64,000 nucleotides of DNA from Minisyncoccota bacterium (lineage in GTDB: Bacteria > Patescibacteriota > Microgenomatia > UBA1400 > PJMF01). The position numbers and the translations under genes were made by a program. Positions 46,565-57,202 of the stretch are shown here, piece by piece. A model generated the notes under the pieces. That model was not told the origin of the DNA and made no database searches. It saw only the letters and a program-made list of their open reading frames with translations. The stretch is from NCBI GenBank assembly GCA_012515515.1, contig JAAYYE010000010.1, positions 18,258 to 82,257 of the forward strand. The letters are read 5' to 3'. Numbering within the stretch: position 1 is the stretch's first letter; each line of letters begins with the position of its first letter.

Positions 46565-47801
46565 TATATAAAAAATATAAACCGTAAGTAACTGCTGGAA
46601 ACCATAAAATTATTTGTTTATAAAGTAAGAGATTAGGTAAATCACGATCAAAAAATAACCAAGGCACATAAATAATATCTGGTAAATAGCTAAAAAGAGC
46701 GCTACAAGAAAAAATTAATAGACAATTTCTCCACCATTTGCTTTTTAATAGTGGTAAAAAAGCCATCGGCCAAATTAGATACCAAGTTAAAAAACGTTGA
46801 GAGCGAGCGGTAATTAGGGGTACAAAAAACGCAATGCTCATTAAATCCCAAAAATAGTAATTAATAAAGTTTCTTGCTTTGACAAACCAGGTGTTTTTGG
46901 CCAAAGCCAAATTCTTTATTTTATTTTCTAAAAATAAATAAAGAAAAAAAGGAATAGTTAATAGACTGGTATATTTAATAAAAATAGAAAATAATATTAA
47001 GGCGATTATTAAACATAAAAGTAAAAAATTCTTTTTACCTTCTTTGACAAATTTCTTAGTGAGTAAAAAAGCTAATAAAATTGGCCACATCATCCACCAA
47101 TCATTGTGAGCACTGCTTAAAGTTTCGATGAGAATTAGAGGATTGAGCAAGAGCATTGCCAAATGATAATTTTTTTTGGAATCATTGATTAATAATTTAT
47201 TTAAGCAGAAAGCACTGATGAGTAGGCCTAAAAAAGCAAATATTTTAAAATTTAACCAAGTAAAAATAAATTTACCAAAACCAAAAAAATAAGGAATAGT
47301 TGAAATTCCAGACCAAACCTCTCCATAAGGAGCAGCAGTGTGGGTATTATTCATAAAGCGGATCCAGGGATCAGCAGAAAATGTTAGAGCTACCACTCGG
47401 TGAGGGTTAACAGCATATTTGACCAACATTCTGGCATTAAATATGTAATTAAATACATCATGAGATAGGGCGTTATAACTAACTAATAGCAGTAAAACAA
47501 TCAATATAAGCAGTAAAACTATTTTTTTATTAGAAAAAATAGTTTTTTTTGGCCAAAATTTAATTAAATAAAAATAATTAATAATTAAAGCTGTTGTTAA
47601 AATTAAATAAACAATAATTCTTAGTGCATGATTGGGCAAAATTTTTTGCCATAAAAAATTTTGCCAATTAATAATAATGGGCTGATTAATTAAGGTTAAA
47701 TTGGGGTCAGTAAAGACATAAGAAAAAACTGCCCAAAATAGAAAAAGAATTAGATAGCTTAGCAAAAAAATTATAAACTTTTGCTTCTTATTGTTTAACA
47801 T
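46527..47801 (-). CDS. Polytopic membrane protein, probable GT-C glycosyltransferase (GT87/DUF2029-like)
   Basis: About 11 TM helices. A periplasmic-loop acidic motif (SHDVFNY) precedes a conserved aromatic-rich loop. Embedded in a glycosyltransferase operon with 38-nt and 14-nt overlaps to its neighbours. Confidence 0.4.
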   Translation of the reverse strand: MLNNKKQKFIIFLLSYLILFLFWAVFSYVFTDPNLTLINQPIIINWQNFLWQKILPNHALRIIVYLILTTALIINYFYLIKFWPKKTIFSNKKIVLLLILIVLLLLVSYNALSHDVFNYIFNARMLVKYAVNPHRVVALTFSADPWIRFMNNTHTAAPYGEVWSGISTIPYFFGFGKFIFTWLNFKIFAFLGLLISAFCLNKLLINDSKKNYHLAMLLLNPLILIETLSSAHNDWWMMWPILLAFLLTKKFVKEGKKNFLLLCLIIALILFSIFIKYTSLLTIPFFLYLFLENKIKNLALAKNTWFVKARNFINYYFWDLMSIAFFVPLITARSQRFLTWYLIWPMAFLPLLKSKWWRNCLLIFSCSALFSYLPDIIYVPWLFFDRDLPNLLLYKQIILWFPAVTYGLYFLYNVISKHVKNTKR

Positions 47802-48564
47802 GATTGGGGTATTTTCCAGATAAATCAGCTATTCTAATGCGCATAATATCTAAAAACATTAAAAAAGAATCTTTTACAGGATTAACCCGATCAGTTTTAT
47901 GATGTTGCCAGATTACTGGTACCTCTTTCATTTTATAATTATATTTTTTAGCTAAATATAATAATTCCACATCAAAAGCTCCAGTAAATGCATCTCGACG
48001 ATGAGCCTGACCAGAATAGACGTAAAGTTTAGGGAACAAGTCTTTAGTTGCTTGAGCTGAAAATAATTTAAAACCGCATTGGGTGTCAAGCATTCCTGGG
48101 ACTGCTAATATTTGCACCAAGAGATTGAAGACTCTGCCCATCACATGGCGATAAACCGGCTCTTTTTGTCTTTGAGCACCAATAATTTCTCTTGAGCCAA
48201 AAATAATTTGAAACTGTTCAGAATATTTTAGTAAGGAATTAAGCTCGCTTAATGGAGTTGACTGATCAAAATCACTATATAATCGCCATTGTCCTTTTGC
48301 GGCTAACATCCCCGCGCTGACCGTTGGCCCTTTGCCTCGATGAGGATTTTTTAACACTCTAATGCGCTGATCTTTTTTAGCAAATTTTTCTAACAAGGCC
48401 GTCGTGCCATCGCTAGAGCCATCATCACTTAAAATTAATTCCCATGACTGCGGATACTGCTTAAGAAAATCATAAACTTCATCTAATACCCCCCGCTTAA
48501 TATTTCTTAATTCATTATAAGAGGGCAGAATGACGGATAAATAAATTGACATATTCTTACTCAT
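47788..48564 (-). CDS. GT2 polyprenol-phosphate sugar synthase (DPM1/ArnC/GtrB-like)
   Basis: ILPSYNE ... LSDDGSSDGT ... DFDQS ... GFKLF motifs of GT2 Dpm1-like enzymes. Confidence 0.8.
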   Translation of the reverse strand: MSKNMSIYLSVILPSYNELRNIKRGVLDEVYDFLKQYPQSWELILSDDGSSDGTTALLEKFAKKDQRIRVLKNPHRGKGPTVSAGMLAAKGQWRLYSDFDQSTPLSELNSLLKYSEQFQIIFGSREIIGAQRQKEPVYRHVMGRVFNLLVQILAVPGMLDTQCGFKLFSAQATKDLFPKLYVYSGQAHRRDAFTGAFDVELLYLAKKYNYKMKEVPVIWQHHKTDRVNPVKDSFLMFLDIMRIRIADLSGKYPNHVKQ

Positions 48565-50092
48565 TATAATTGTTTTCCGCTTTTCCTAATACGCTAATTT
48601 CCGGCCCCTGATCGAGCTGATATTTTTCTAAAATGTTTTTCTCAGGAAATACGGCAATTTCATAAATATTTAGATCAAGTAGATCTTCTTCTTTTTTCTC
48701 TTCATTAATGATGAAAAGTTTCTCAGCTTGATGATGATCTTCAATTTTGACTGGTGGGTTGGTCATGGTAGATAAGAAATAACGATAATTCATGCCGTAT
48801 AAATCCTTAGATTCAGAGAGCAAAACTATGTTATATTTTTCTCCACCTGCTACTCGATCATGAATGCTCTTGGCTACTGCCCTCATATCATTCACCCCCC
48901 AGCCACTATCAGCAAAATTATATAATTTTAGATTGTTAACAATAAAAACGAGAAGAAATACACCGCTCACTAAGTAAAATAACTTCTTTATTTTAATTTT
49001 ATCGAGTAAGTAAGCCTGAAAGATAGCCACCATTGGCAAAAGATAGGCAAAATAATGAGTGTAAATATCGTGTTGATATAAACTTAAGCCCGCTATACCC
49101 GTAAATAAATAAGCAAAAAGAACTTTGTCTGCTTTTTTAAGCTTATCTCGATTAGTGAATATGTAATAGAGAAAAAAAGCCAAACTAATATACATAAGCC
49201 AATAATTAATTTTCGATTCACCAAGTAAACTATCAAATAATACTGTTCTACCTTGTTTTCTTAAGTCATGGGTGAAAAGTTTAACTATGGCGTTAATGCC
49301 TTGTCGACCCTCTTTTCTTTCTAGTTTAAAACTTTCTTCTTTACCAACAATGTTTTTTAGAGCATTGATATTGCGCCAATCATGTTTCAGATCAAATAAT
49401 AATAGAGGAGTGAGAGAGAGCAAAAAAATTACTACTGACAAAAGGCCAAATTTAATTAGTTGTTTAGAATTTTTTTGGGAAATTTTCTTTTTTAAATCTA
49501 TTAGGAAAATAATGCCAGCACCAGCCAAGGACAAGAGTGTGACATAGTGCAACTGGGCTAAAATGCTAAACATGGCACTTACCAACAACCAATATCGACC
49601 ATCCTTTTTCCAGGCTAAATAAGTGAAATAAAACATTAACAAGGAAAAAAATGGTGCAGGATTGGGATTCCAACTAAAACGAGCTAAATTAATGTTAGTA
49701 CTGGAAAGGGCAAAAAAAATCGTGGCAAAAATGGCTATCTTGTTATTAAACATTTTTTTACTTATCAGATAAACTAAGGCCACGGTAATCACCGACAAGG
49801 CGGCTACGGCATAAACTGGGCCTATGGGATTAGGATAGCTAATAAACAAAAAAGGCAACATAAAATAATAGTAAAATGGTCCTAAATACATGTTGCCGAT
49901 GCTAGTGACTGGGCCAATAAAGACTGGATCCTTCTCTTTAAAAATGTTAGCTACTACAAGCGCGTCCCGACCTTGGTCGCCCATAAACATATAATTGTTG
50001 GGTAAATTATAAAAACGCAAAAACGTTGCAATAAGCAAAATGATGATTAAAAAAATATTATTGGGTGTTAAATATTTTTTGATTTTTTGCAT
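48557..50092 (-). CDS. GT-C fold membrane glycosyltransferase (ArnT/PMT_2-like)
   Basis: 12+ TM helices and a first-loop motif (FMGDQGRDALV). Overlaps the downstream GT2 gene by 8 nt. Confidence 0.65.
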   Translation of the reverse strand: MQKIKKYLTPNNIFLIIILLIATFLRFYNLPNNYMFMGDQGRDALVVANIFKEKDPVFIGPVTSIGNMYLGPFYYYFMLPFLFISYPNPIGPVYAVAALSVITVALVYLISKKMFNNKIAIFATIFFALSSTNINLARFSWNPNPAPFFSLLMFYFTYLAWKKDGRYWLLVSAMFSILAQLHYVTLLSLAGAGIIFLIDLKKKISQKNSKQLIKFGLLSVVIFLLSLTPLLLFDLKHDWRNINALKNIVGKEESFKLERKEGRQGINAIVKLFTHDLRKQGRTVLFDSLLGESKINYWLMYISLAFFLYYIFTNRDKLKKADKVLFAYLFTGIAGLSLYQHDIYTHYFAYLLPMVAIFQAYLLDKIKIKKLFYLVSGVFLLVFIVNNLKLYNFADSGWGVNDMRAVAKSIHDRVAGGEKYNIVLLSESKDLYGMNYRYFLSTMTNPPVKIEDHHQAEKLFIINEEKKEEDLLDLNIYEIAVFPEKNILEKYQLDQGPEISVLGKAENNYNE

Positions 50093-50110
50093 TTAAAAAT
50101 TAACTTTAAA

Positions 50111-51298
50111 TTATTTCTTTTTTTTCCAAATGAAATTATTGTAAGCAAAAAAATTCCAAAACATGCCAATTAAAATACCAGTAACGGCGTAGATCATGCC
50201 AGTATCAACATCGATTGAAACAATTGGTAGAGTAAACAGTTTAAACAAACCAATGGTATTTTCTCCAATGGTTGCCACCAGCATTTGGATAACTAGCGAA
50301 CCCATAGAGGCTAAATTAAATTCTAAAAACTTTTTGAGAATTGATTGGTTTTTAATTTTTCGATCAGCAAAAGTCCAAAGATTATTAAGAATAAAGTTAC
50401 AAATAATTGCTGTTTCAGTACTTAAGATAGTTGCTAAAGTAAAATCACTAAAAAATGCATATTGAAAATCTGGAATTAAGAAACGGTATAAAGTTAATGA
50501 GGAGAGTTGAACCAAGGCACCAGTTAAACCAACTGCAGCAAATTTAAATATCCTTGAATTGAATATTTCTTGAATTCTCACTTTCATAATATATAACAAA
50601 GTATTTTTGATATACTCTGGTCCTATTTTGCTTTTACCGATTTCCCGATCTTTAAAAGCAAAAGCTACTTCATTAATTTTAAATTTTTTTTGTCGGGCTT
50701 TATTTAAGAAGCCGATTTGAAAAGTATAACCGAAAAATCGCTCAGACTCCAGTTCTTTGGCGACGGCTTGATAAACTTCTTTTTTGATTGCTCGAAAACC
50801 AGTTGTCCAATCTTTGATAGAGAAATCCCACATGACAGTGCGAATAAATAAATTACCAAAAACACTTAAAAATTTTCGATGTAATCCCCAGTTTTCTGGG
50901 ATAGAGCCGCCTTTTATATAACGTGAACCCAAAACAAGATCACTACCTTCATTAATTTGCTCAAGCATTTGCGGAATTTTTTGTGGATCATGTGAGAGAT
51001 CTGCATCAAATTCAAAAACGACATCAGCTTGGAGTTGATTAAAAGCATGATCCATACCTTTTAAATAGGCTGCCCCTAAACCCTCTTTATTTTTTTTCAG
51101 CAATAATTTTAAAAAAGGATATTGTTTTTGCAACTTTTTGACGACCTGAGCAGTCCCATCTGGAGAATTATCATCAACCACTAAAATTTGCATTTGCCAA
51201 TCATGGATTTGCTGAAAAACTGCTGCAAGTTTTTTAATAGTTATTGGTAAATTTCCTGCCTCGTTATAAGTGGGGATAATAACAATTGCTTTTGACAT
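50111..51298 (-). CDS. GT2 polyprenol-phosphate sugar synthase fused to a C-terminal GtrA-like membrane domain
   Basis: N-terminal IIPTYNEAGNL ... VDDNSPDGT ... FEFDADLSHD (GT2/Dpm1). The C-terminal 4-TM GtrA-like segment has the W..F..NNF.W pattern. Confidence 0.8.
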   Translation of the reverse strand: MSKAIVIIPTYNEAGNLPITIKKLAAVFQQIHDWQMQILVVDDNSPDGTAQVVKKLQKQYPFLKLLLKKNKEGLGAAYLKGMDHAFNQLQADVVFEFDADLSHDPQKIPQMLEQINEGSDLVLGSRYIKGGSIPENWGLHRKFLSVFGNLFIRTVMWDFSIKDWTTGFRAIKKEVYQAVAKELESERFFGYTFQIGFLNKARQKKFKINEVAFAFKDREIGKSKIGPEYIKNTLLYIMKVRIQEIFNSRIFKFAAVGLTGALVQLSSLTLYRFLIPDFQYAFFSDFTLATILSTETAIICNFILNNLWTFADRKIKNQSILKKFLEFNLASMGSLVIQMLVATIGENTIGLFKLFTLPIVSIDVDTGMIYAVTGILIGMFWNFFAYNNFIWKKKK

Positions 51299-51308
51299 AT
51301 TTATACAT

Positions 51309-52286
51309 TTAAGCAGCTGATTTTTTTTCGATCTCTAGGTCAGCTTCAACCATGAGTTTGACTAAATCTGCAAAACCCACACTGGGTTGCCAATTGAGTT
51401 TCGTTTTAGCTTTACTAGCATCACCAATTAATAAATCCACCTCTGCTGGACGATCAAAGGCAGGATTGTGTTTGTAATATTGTTGCCAATCGCCAAGGTC
51501 GGCAGCCTGACAAGCCAATTCAAGAAATTCTTGAACACTGTGGGTTTCGCCAGTGGCAATAACATAATCATCGGGATTTTCTTGTTGGAGCATCAAATGC
51601 ATGGCTCTCACATAGTCTTTAGCGTAACCCCAATCTCTTTTAGCATCCAGGTTGCCTAATTCCACATATTGTTGTTTGCCTAGTTTGATTCGAGCAATAG
51701 CATTACTAATTTTTCTAGTAACAAATTCTAAACCGCGTCGAGGTGACTCATGATTAAATAAAATACCAGAGACGGCAAACATATCGTATGACTCTCGATA
51801 ATTAACCGTGATCCAGTGTCCATAAATCTTGGCAACTCCATAAGGCGAGCGGGGATAAAAAGGAGTATTTTCATTTTGCGGTACTTCGCGAACTTTACCA
51901 AACATTTCGCTTGAGCTGGCCTGATAAAATTTGGCTTCTGGACAGGCTAAACGCACCGCTTCGAGAACTCTGGTAACACCAATAGCGGTGAATTCACCGG
52001 TGAGAATCGGTTGTTCCCAAGAGGCCTGAACAAATGATTGGGCGGCTAAGTTGTAGACTTCATCGGGTTTAATTTTTTGCAGGGCAAAGGTGAGTGAATG
52101 CTGATCCATTAAATCACCAGAAACTAATTTTAAATTGGGATTGTGGATAATATTTTGAATTCTAGCAAAATTTTGCGTGCTAGTACGTCTAGTCAAACCA
52201 TAAACCTGATATCCTTCTTCTAACAATAATTCAGCCAAATATGAACCATCTTGACCAGTAATTCCGGTGATAAATGCTTTTTTCAT
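51309..52286 (-). CDS. gmd: GDP-mannose 4,6-dehydratase
   Basis: [37 protein letters not shown]-terminus, SDR catalytic YxxxK region ([10 protein letters not shown]), ... [10 protein letters not shown]. Confidence 0.9.
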   Translation of the reverse strand: MKKAFITGITGQDGSYLAELLLEEGYQVYGLTRRTSTQNFARIQNIIHNPNLKLVSGDLMDQHSLTFALQKIKPDEVYNLAAQSFVQASWEQPILTGEFTAIGVTRVLEAVRLACPEAKFYQASSSEMFGKVREVPQNENTPFYPRSPYGVAKIYGHWITVNYRESYDMFAVSGILFNHESPRRGLEFVTRKISNAIARIKLGKQQYVELGNLDAKRDWGYAKDYVRAMHLMLQQENPDDYVIATGETHSVQEFLELACQAADLGDWQQYYKHNPAFDRPAEVDLLIGDASKAKTKLNWQPSVGFADLVKLMVEADLEIEKKSAA

Positions 52287-52289
52287 AAT

Positions 52290-53258
52290 TTACCTTTCTT
52301 CGCTTTGATCTGCCTGTTTGCGCCACCAATTAAGCACTCTTTCTAGGGTGGCGTCAAGAGAATATTGAGTGTCCCAAGCTAAATTTTTTATTTTTTTATT
52401 ATCACAAATTAGTATTGGGCGATCACTTGGTCTTAAGAGTGCTGGATCAGTTTCTAATTTTATATCAACTTTGGCGAGAGCGATTAGTTTATCTAAAACT
52501 TCTTGCATGCTATAGCCAATTCCAGAACCAACATTATAAACTTCAGCACTCACGCCCTGATTCATTAGCAGGATGTAGGCTCTAACCACGTCTTTGACAT
52601 CTGTTAAATCTCTAATTGTCGACAAATTACCCACTTTCATCACCTCACTTTGACCCCTCTCGATTTGCACAATTTCATGGGCAAAATCACTCACCGCAAA
52701 ACCTAAAGCTTGTCGCTCGCCAATGTGATTAAAAGGTCTAACCCGAACAATGTCTAGCTTTTCACTTTGGCTATAAGAATAACTTAAAAAATCTTGAATC
52801 ATTTTTGAGAGTGCGTAGGGATTGGTGGGGCCAAGTGGCGCGTTTTCATCTAATTTTTGATCGGAATCTTGATATTCAAGGGCGCTGCCCACACTTAAAA
52901 GCCGAGCTTTAGGACAACACTCCTTGACCGCATCAAGAATGTTAAGCTGTAATTTTAGATGAGTTTCTAAAATAAACTGTTGTTGTTTGAAACTATTTCC
53001 GACATTAGCTAGTGATGCCAAGTGGTAGATTTGCTGAGGCTGGAGTTTATTTAATAAAGCCTTAGTTTGTTCGTGATCGGTTAAATCAAGAGCGTGAATA
53101 TGCTCATTGCCCAGTAAATCATTTAAAAAACCAGCTTGATCGCGAAAGGCCGTGACATGAATATTGCTGTAGCCCAATTCAAGCAGGGCTTCAACTAAAT
53201 GACTGCCAGCAAAACCAGTACCGCCAGTAATCAAAATTGTTTGTTTTTTATCAAGCAT
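52290..53258 (-). CDS. NAD(P)-dependent epimerase/reductase, likely GDP-4-keto-6-deoxy-D-mannose reductase/epimerase (Rmd/Fcl-like)
   Basis: Rossmann motif ILITGGTGFAGSHL and an SDR YxxxK (YALSKMIQD). Sits directly downstream of gmd in the same operon. Confidence 0.6.
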   Translation of the reverse strand: MLDKKQTILITGGTGFAGSHLVEALLELGYSNIHVTAFRDQAGFLNDLLGNEHIHALDLTDHEQTKALLNKLQPQQIYHLASLANVGNSFKQQQFILETHLKLQLNILDAVKECCPKARLLSVGSALEYQDSDQKLDENAPLGPTNPYALSKMIQDFLSYSYSQSEKLDIVRVRPFNHIGERQALGFAVSDFAHEIVQIERGQSEVMKVGNLSTIRDLTDVKDVVRAYILLMNQGVSAEVYNVGSGIGYSMQEVLDKLIALAKVDIKLETDPALLRPSDRPILICDNKKIKNLAWDTQYSLDATLERVLNWWRKQADQSEER

Positions 53259-54548
53259 TTATGACCTTCCAATGCCCACATACTGATAATTGGCTTGCTT
53301 AATTATTTCTGGATTTAGTTGATTGCGACAATCAAAAATAGTTTGTGGTTTATTTTCTTTATACTGGGCATAGGGGAATTGGACAATTTCAGGCCACTCA
53401 ACCACTAAAAAGATGGCGTCAGCCTCCTTAATTGCTTCTTCAATAGTATTAACTTGCTGATGATTTTGATATTTTTCCTTGGTAAATTGTTCATAATTAG
53501 CCATTGGATCAAAACTCTTGATGTCGGCACCTTTGTTGGCTAAATAGGGGATAATTTTAGTGCTTGGCGCTTCACGCATATCATCGGTATTAGGTTTGAA
53601 AGATAAACCTAGTACAGCCACTTTTTTATTAGCAAAACCATCAATCTGTTTTTCAAAATTAATTAATAAATCAAAAATGCGTTGTTTATTAATTTCATTA
53701 ACTTTATTCATTAAATTACCTTCTTCACCCACAGTCCTTGAATAAGCAGCTAATTCTTTGACGTCCTTAGGAAAACAAGAGCCGCCGTAGCCTAAACCAG
53801 GATACCAGTAGTGTTGACCAATTCTTTGATCCAGACCAATCACATTAATGACTTCCTCAATGTCAGCCCCGTTTTTTTGACAGAGATTGGCAATCTCGTT
53901 AATAAAAGTAATACGGGTGGCCAAATAAGTATTGGCAGTATATTTAGCCATTTGTGCTGAAGCGACGCCACAGTGCACAATGGGCGCATTCAAAGCCTGG
54001 TGCAGTTGATCTAATTTTTCAAAAACAAAATCGTCTGTAGCACCAATGACGATTCGGTCAGGATGAAGGGTATCGTGGACAGCGCTACCTTCTCTGAGGA
54101 ACTCTGGTAGTGAAGCCCCATAAAATTTAACTTTAGTTTGCTGTTTAACGAGTTCCATCAGTTTTTCTAAGGTTCCTGGTGGCACAGTAGATTTAATGGC
54201 GATAATGGCATCTTTTTGCAAGTAAGGAGCTAGACTTTCGGCACTACTCATTACATAACGCAAATCAGCGGTTTCATCTGGAGCAGAGGGTGTGCCAACA
54301 GCAATAATAATCAGCTCGCTCTGGCTGATAGCCTCCTGATAAGATGTAGTAAAACTTAGTTTTCCAGCCTGCTGCTGCTCAATCAATAAATCTTCTAAAC
54401 CAGGCTCAAAAAATGGAACTTGGCCTTTTTTTAATTTATTAATTTTTTCTTGATCAACATCTAAACCAATCACTTGATTACCAAGTGAAGCATAAATGGC
54501 GGCTGATACCACCCCAACAAAACCAGTGCCAATAATAGTGATGTGCAT
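53259..54548 (-). CDS. ugd: UDP-glucose 6-dehydrogenase family nucleotide-sugar dehydrogenase
   Basis: N-terminal NAD-binding IIGTGFVGVVSAAIYA, a catalytic Cys motif (GYGGSCFPKDV) and a C-terminal UDP-binding domain. Confidence 0.8.
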   Translation of the reverse strand: MHITIIGTGFVGVVSAAIYASLGNQVIGLDVDQEKINKLKKGQVPFFEPGLEDLLIEQQQAGKLSFTTSYQEAISQSELIIIAVGTPSAPDETADLRYVMSSAESLAPYLQKDAIIAIKSTVPPGTLEKLMELVKQQTKVKFYGASLPEFLREGSAVHDTLHPDRIVIGATDDFVFEKLDQLHQALNAPIVHCGVASAQMAKYTANTYLATRITFINEIANLCQKNGADIEEVINVIGLDQRIGQHYWYPGLGYGGSCFPKDVKELAAYSRTVGEEGNLMNKVNEINKQRIFDLLINFEKQIDGFANKKVAVLGLSFKPNTDDMREAPSTKIIPYLANKGADIKSFDPMANYEQFTKEKYQNHQQVNTIEEAIKEADAIFLVVEWPEIVQFPYAQYKENKPQTIFDCRNQLNPEIIKQANYQYVGIGRS

Positions 54549-54623
54549 AATTTCTTAAATACTTTGTATTTGTACCTTTGTATTATAATGATTAGCAGAA
54601 TATAACGCCAGTAAGAGAAAATT

Positions 54624-55283
54624 ATGCAGATTAATATTTTAACTATTTTCCCTGAGTATTTTAGCGATGTTTTAAACACCTCCATTCTCAAAAGAGCTCA
54701 GCAAAAAAATCTTGTGTCTTATCGGGTGATTAATCTTCGTGATTTTGCTCAAGACAAGCACCAGACAACCGATGATCGGCCATTTGGTGGTGGTCCTGGT
54801 ATGGTGATGATGATTGAGCCAATCGACCTCGCCCTGCAAAGTCTCAAGCAGCAAAAGGGAACTCCTAATAAAAAAATTATTTTAACTTCAGCCAAGGGGC
54901 AACTGTTTAAACAAGAAATTGCGCAGAACTGGAGTCAGCTAGAGGAGTTAACAATTATTTGCGGTCATTATGAGGGAGTTGATGAACGAGTCGCTCAATA
55001 TTTAGTTGATGAAGAAATTCGCATTGGTGATTATGTGATGACGGGAGGAGAAGCAGCTGCCTTAGTGATTAGTGATGCGCTCGTTCGGCTTATTCCTGGT
55101 GTATTGGGTAACGCAGCCAGTGGAGTTGATGAGTCTCATGCGCAAAGTGGCCTAGCTGGTCCAGCCCAATATACCAGGCCTGCTCAATACAAAAATTGGT
55201 CGGTCCCTGAAGCTTTACTTTCAGGCGATCCAAAACAAATTGAAGCACATAAAGCGCAGTCAAGAATTAAACTTAAAAATTAA
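54624..55283 (+). CDS. trmD: tRNA (guanine37-N1)-methyltransferase
   Basis: MQINILTIFPEYF ... RPFGGGPGMVMMIEP (SPOUT knot) ... IICGHYEGVDERV. Confidence 0.9.
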   Translation: MQINILTIFPEYFSDVLNTSILKRAQQKNLVSYRVINLRDFAQDKHQTTDDRPFGGGPGMVMMIEPIDLALQSLKQQKGTPNKKIILTSAKGQLFKQEIAQNWSQLEELTIICGHYEGVDERVAQYLVDEEIRIGDYVMTGGEAAALVISDALVRLIPGVLGNAASGVDESHAQSGLAGPAQYTRPAQYKNWSVPEALLSGDPKQIEAHKAQSRIKLKN

Positions 55284-55287
55284 AAAA

Positions 55288-56181
55288 TTAAGCTTTAATT
55301 TCAGCAATGGCAGTGTCAATTGTTCTTAATGGAAAATCCAAAACCGCTTTTAATTTATCAACAGCTAAAGCGGTATTTTTTTGATAAGGACGCTGACTAG
55401 TTTTTAAGTAATCATTGAGGCTGCCGGCTTCGACTTGATAATTGAGCTGTTTTTTTTGGGCAATTGTTTGAGCAAAAGCAAAATCAGTCCACTGTTCACC
55501 GCTACTGGCGTTAAACAGCCCAGTCAATTGCAAACGAATGACTGCATCTAGAACTTTAGCAAAATCATCAATATAAGTTGGCCCAAAAAAGTGATCATTA
55601 AATTGAGGATATATTTTGCCTTGTTTCATGCCCGTAATCAGTTTCCAGGCAAGATCTAATTTGGGAAAGGGGTCGGAGCGAAAAGGTTGATCAATACGCA
55701 AAATAGTCCAGTTTAAATTTGGCGTACTTTGAATTAACTCTTCAGCCCAAGCCTTAGTTTGCCCATACCATTCAATCGGTGACAGAGGATCTGCTTCTGT
55801 GTATAAGCTTTCTTTTTGCCCATCGAAAACATAGGCAGTAGAAATATGAATTAAGTGCTTATGATATTTTTGACAAGCAAGGGCAATATTTTGCGTGCCA
55901 TGCACATTAACTTGATAACACAAGCCATTTTTATCCCCATTTTCTTGCCAAGCAGCTGTCACATCGGTAAAAGCAGCAAAGTGAATTAAAAAATCTGCGC
56001 TAGATTGAGCAATAATTTTTTCCACCTGTTGGTAATTGGTAATGTCGACCGGCCGTTCTGGATCGCGTAAATCTAAGTTGTCAAATTGATAGTGATTAGC
56101 AAAATCACTGACAAACTTAGAGCCAACTAAGCCGTTCAAACCCGTTCCTAAAATCGCTTTTTTAGGCATTGTTGTTTCCAT
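55288..56181 (-). CDS. rmlD: dTDP-4-dehydrorhamnose reductase
   Basis: RmlD-like SDR (GLVGSKF ... HISTAYVFDG ... YGQTKAWAE). Overlaps rmlB by 20 nt. Confidence 0.75.
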   Translation of the reverse strand: METTMPKKAILGTGLNGLVGSKFVSDFANHYQFDNLDLRDPERPVDITNYQQVEKIIAQSSADFLIHFAAFTDVTAAWQENGDKNGLCYQVNVHGTQNIALACQKYHKHLIHISTAYVFDGQKESLYTEADPLSPIEWYGQTKAWAEELIQSTPNLNWTILRIDQPFRSDPFPKLDLAWKLITGMKQGKIYPQFNDHFFGPTYIDDFAKVLDAVIRLQLTGLFNASSGEQWTDFAFAQTIAQKKQLNYQVEAGSLNDYLKTSQRPYQKNTALAVDKLKAVLDFPLRTIDTAIAEIKA

Positions 56182-57202
56182 ATTGTTCTTGAAAATATTC
56201 TTGATTTTTTGCTTTTAATGGACGCCACCAATCTTCATGTTGCTGATACCAGTCGATTGTTTGTTGAAGACCTGTGCGTAGATCGACACTGGGTTGCCAG
56301 CCGAGCTCTTTTTCACTGGCAGAAAAATCCACGCTATAACGACGGTCATGTCCCGGACGATCTTTAATCATCTCAATGGCGCTTTCATCTTTACCCATCA
56401 GCTGAATAATCATTTTAATCAATTCAAGATTAGAAATATCTTTATACAAACCGCCAAACAAATAGGTTTCGCCAACTTTTCCCTTAGTCAGCACTGCTTC
56501 AATCCCACGACAATGATCTTGTACATACAACCAGTCTCTAACATATAAACCGTCTCCATAAACTGGCACTTGCTTACCATCGATTAAATTTGTAATAGCT
56601 AAAGGAATTAGTTTTTCAGGAAATTGATATTCACCATAATTGTTTGAACAGTTGCTAATAGTAAATGGTAAGCCGTAAGTATCGCCATAAGCTCTGACTA
56701 AATGATCAGCTGCCGCTTTACTGGCGCTGTAGGGACTGTGAGGTTGGTAAGGCGTGTTTTTGCTAAATTTTTCTTGATTGTTTAATGGGAGCGCTCCAAA
56801 AACCTCGTCAGTCGAAATATGATGGAAGCGTTCAACCTGGTGTTTTAAGGCAGCTTCTAGCAAAACTTGAGTGCCAATAATATTAGTTTCTAAGAAGAGT
56901 TTAGGATCGAGTATTGAGCGATCAACATGAGATTCAGCGGCAAAGTGCACGACAATGTCAACTCCTCTCATCGCTTGATCAACTAATGTTTGATCACAAA
57001 TGTTGCCTTGAACAAAATGATAATTGGCTTGCTGTTCAACATCCTTTAAGTTTTCCAGATTTCCAGCGTAAGTCAGCAAGTCTAAATTTAGCACATGATC
57101 TTCAGGATGATTTTTCAGCCAATAATGAATAAAATTAGCTCCGATGAATCCAGCTCCGCCAGTGACCAAAAGATTTTTTGCCATCTCAATCCTTTTTTTC
57201 AT
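56162..57202 (-). CDS. rmlB: dTDP-glucose 4,6-dehydratase
   Basis: LLVTGGAGFIGANFIHYWL ... HFAAESHVDRSI ... YSASKAAADHLVRAY, characteristic of RmlB. Confidence 0.9.
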   Translation of the reverse strand: MKKRIEMAKNLLVTGGAGFIGANFIHYWLKNHPEDHVLNLDLLTYAGNLENLKDVEQQANYHFVQGNICDQTLVDQAMRGVDIVVHFAAESHVDRSILDPKLFLETNIIGTQVLLEAALKHQVERFHHISTDEVFGALPLNNQEKFSKNTPYQPHSPYSASKAAADHLVRAYGDTYGLPFTISNCSNNYGEYQFPEKLIPLAITNLIDGKQVPVYGDGLYVRDWLYVQDHCRGIEAVLTKGKVGETYLFGGLYKDISNLELIKMIIQLMGKDESAIEMIKDRPGHDRRYSVDFSASEKELGWQPSVDLRTGLQQTIDWYQQHEDWWRPLKAKNQEYFQEQYGNNNA

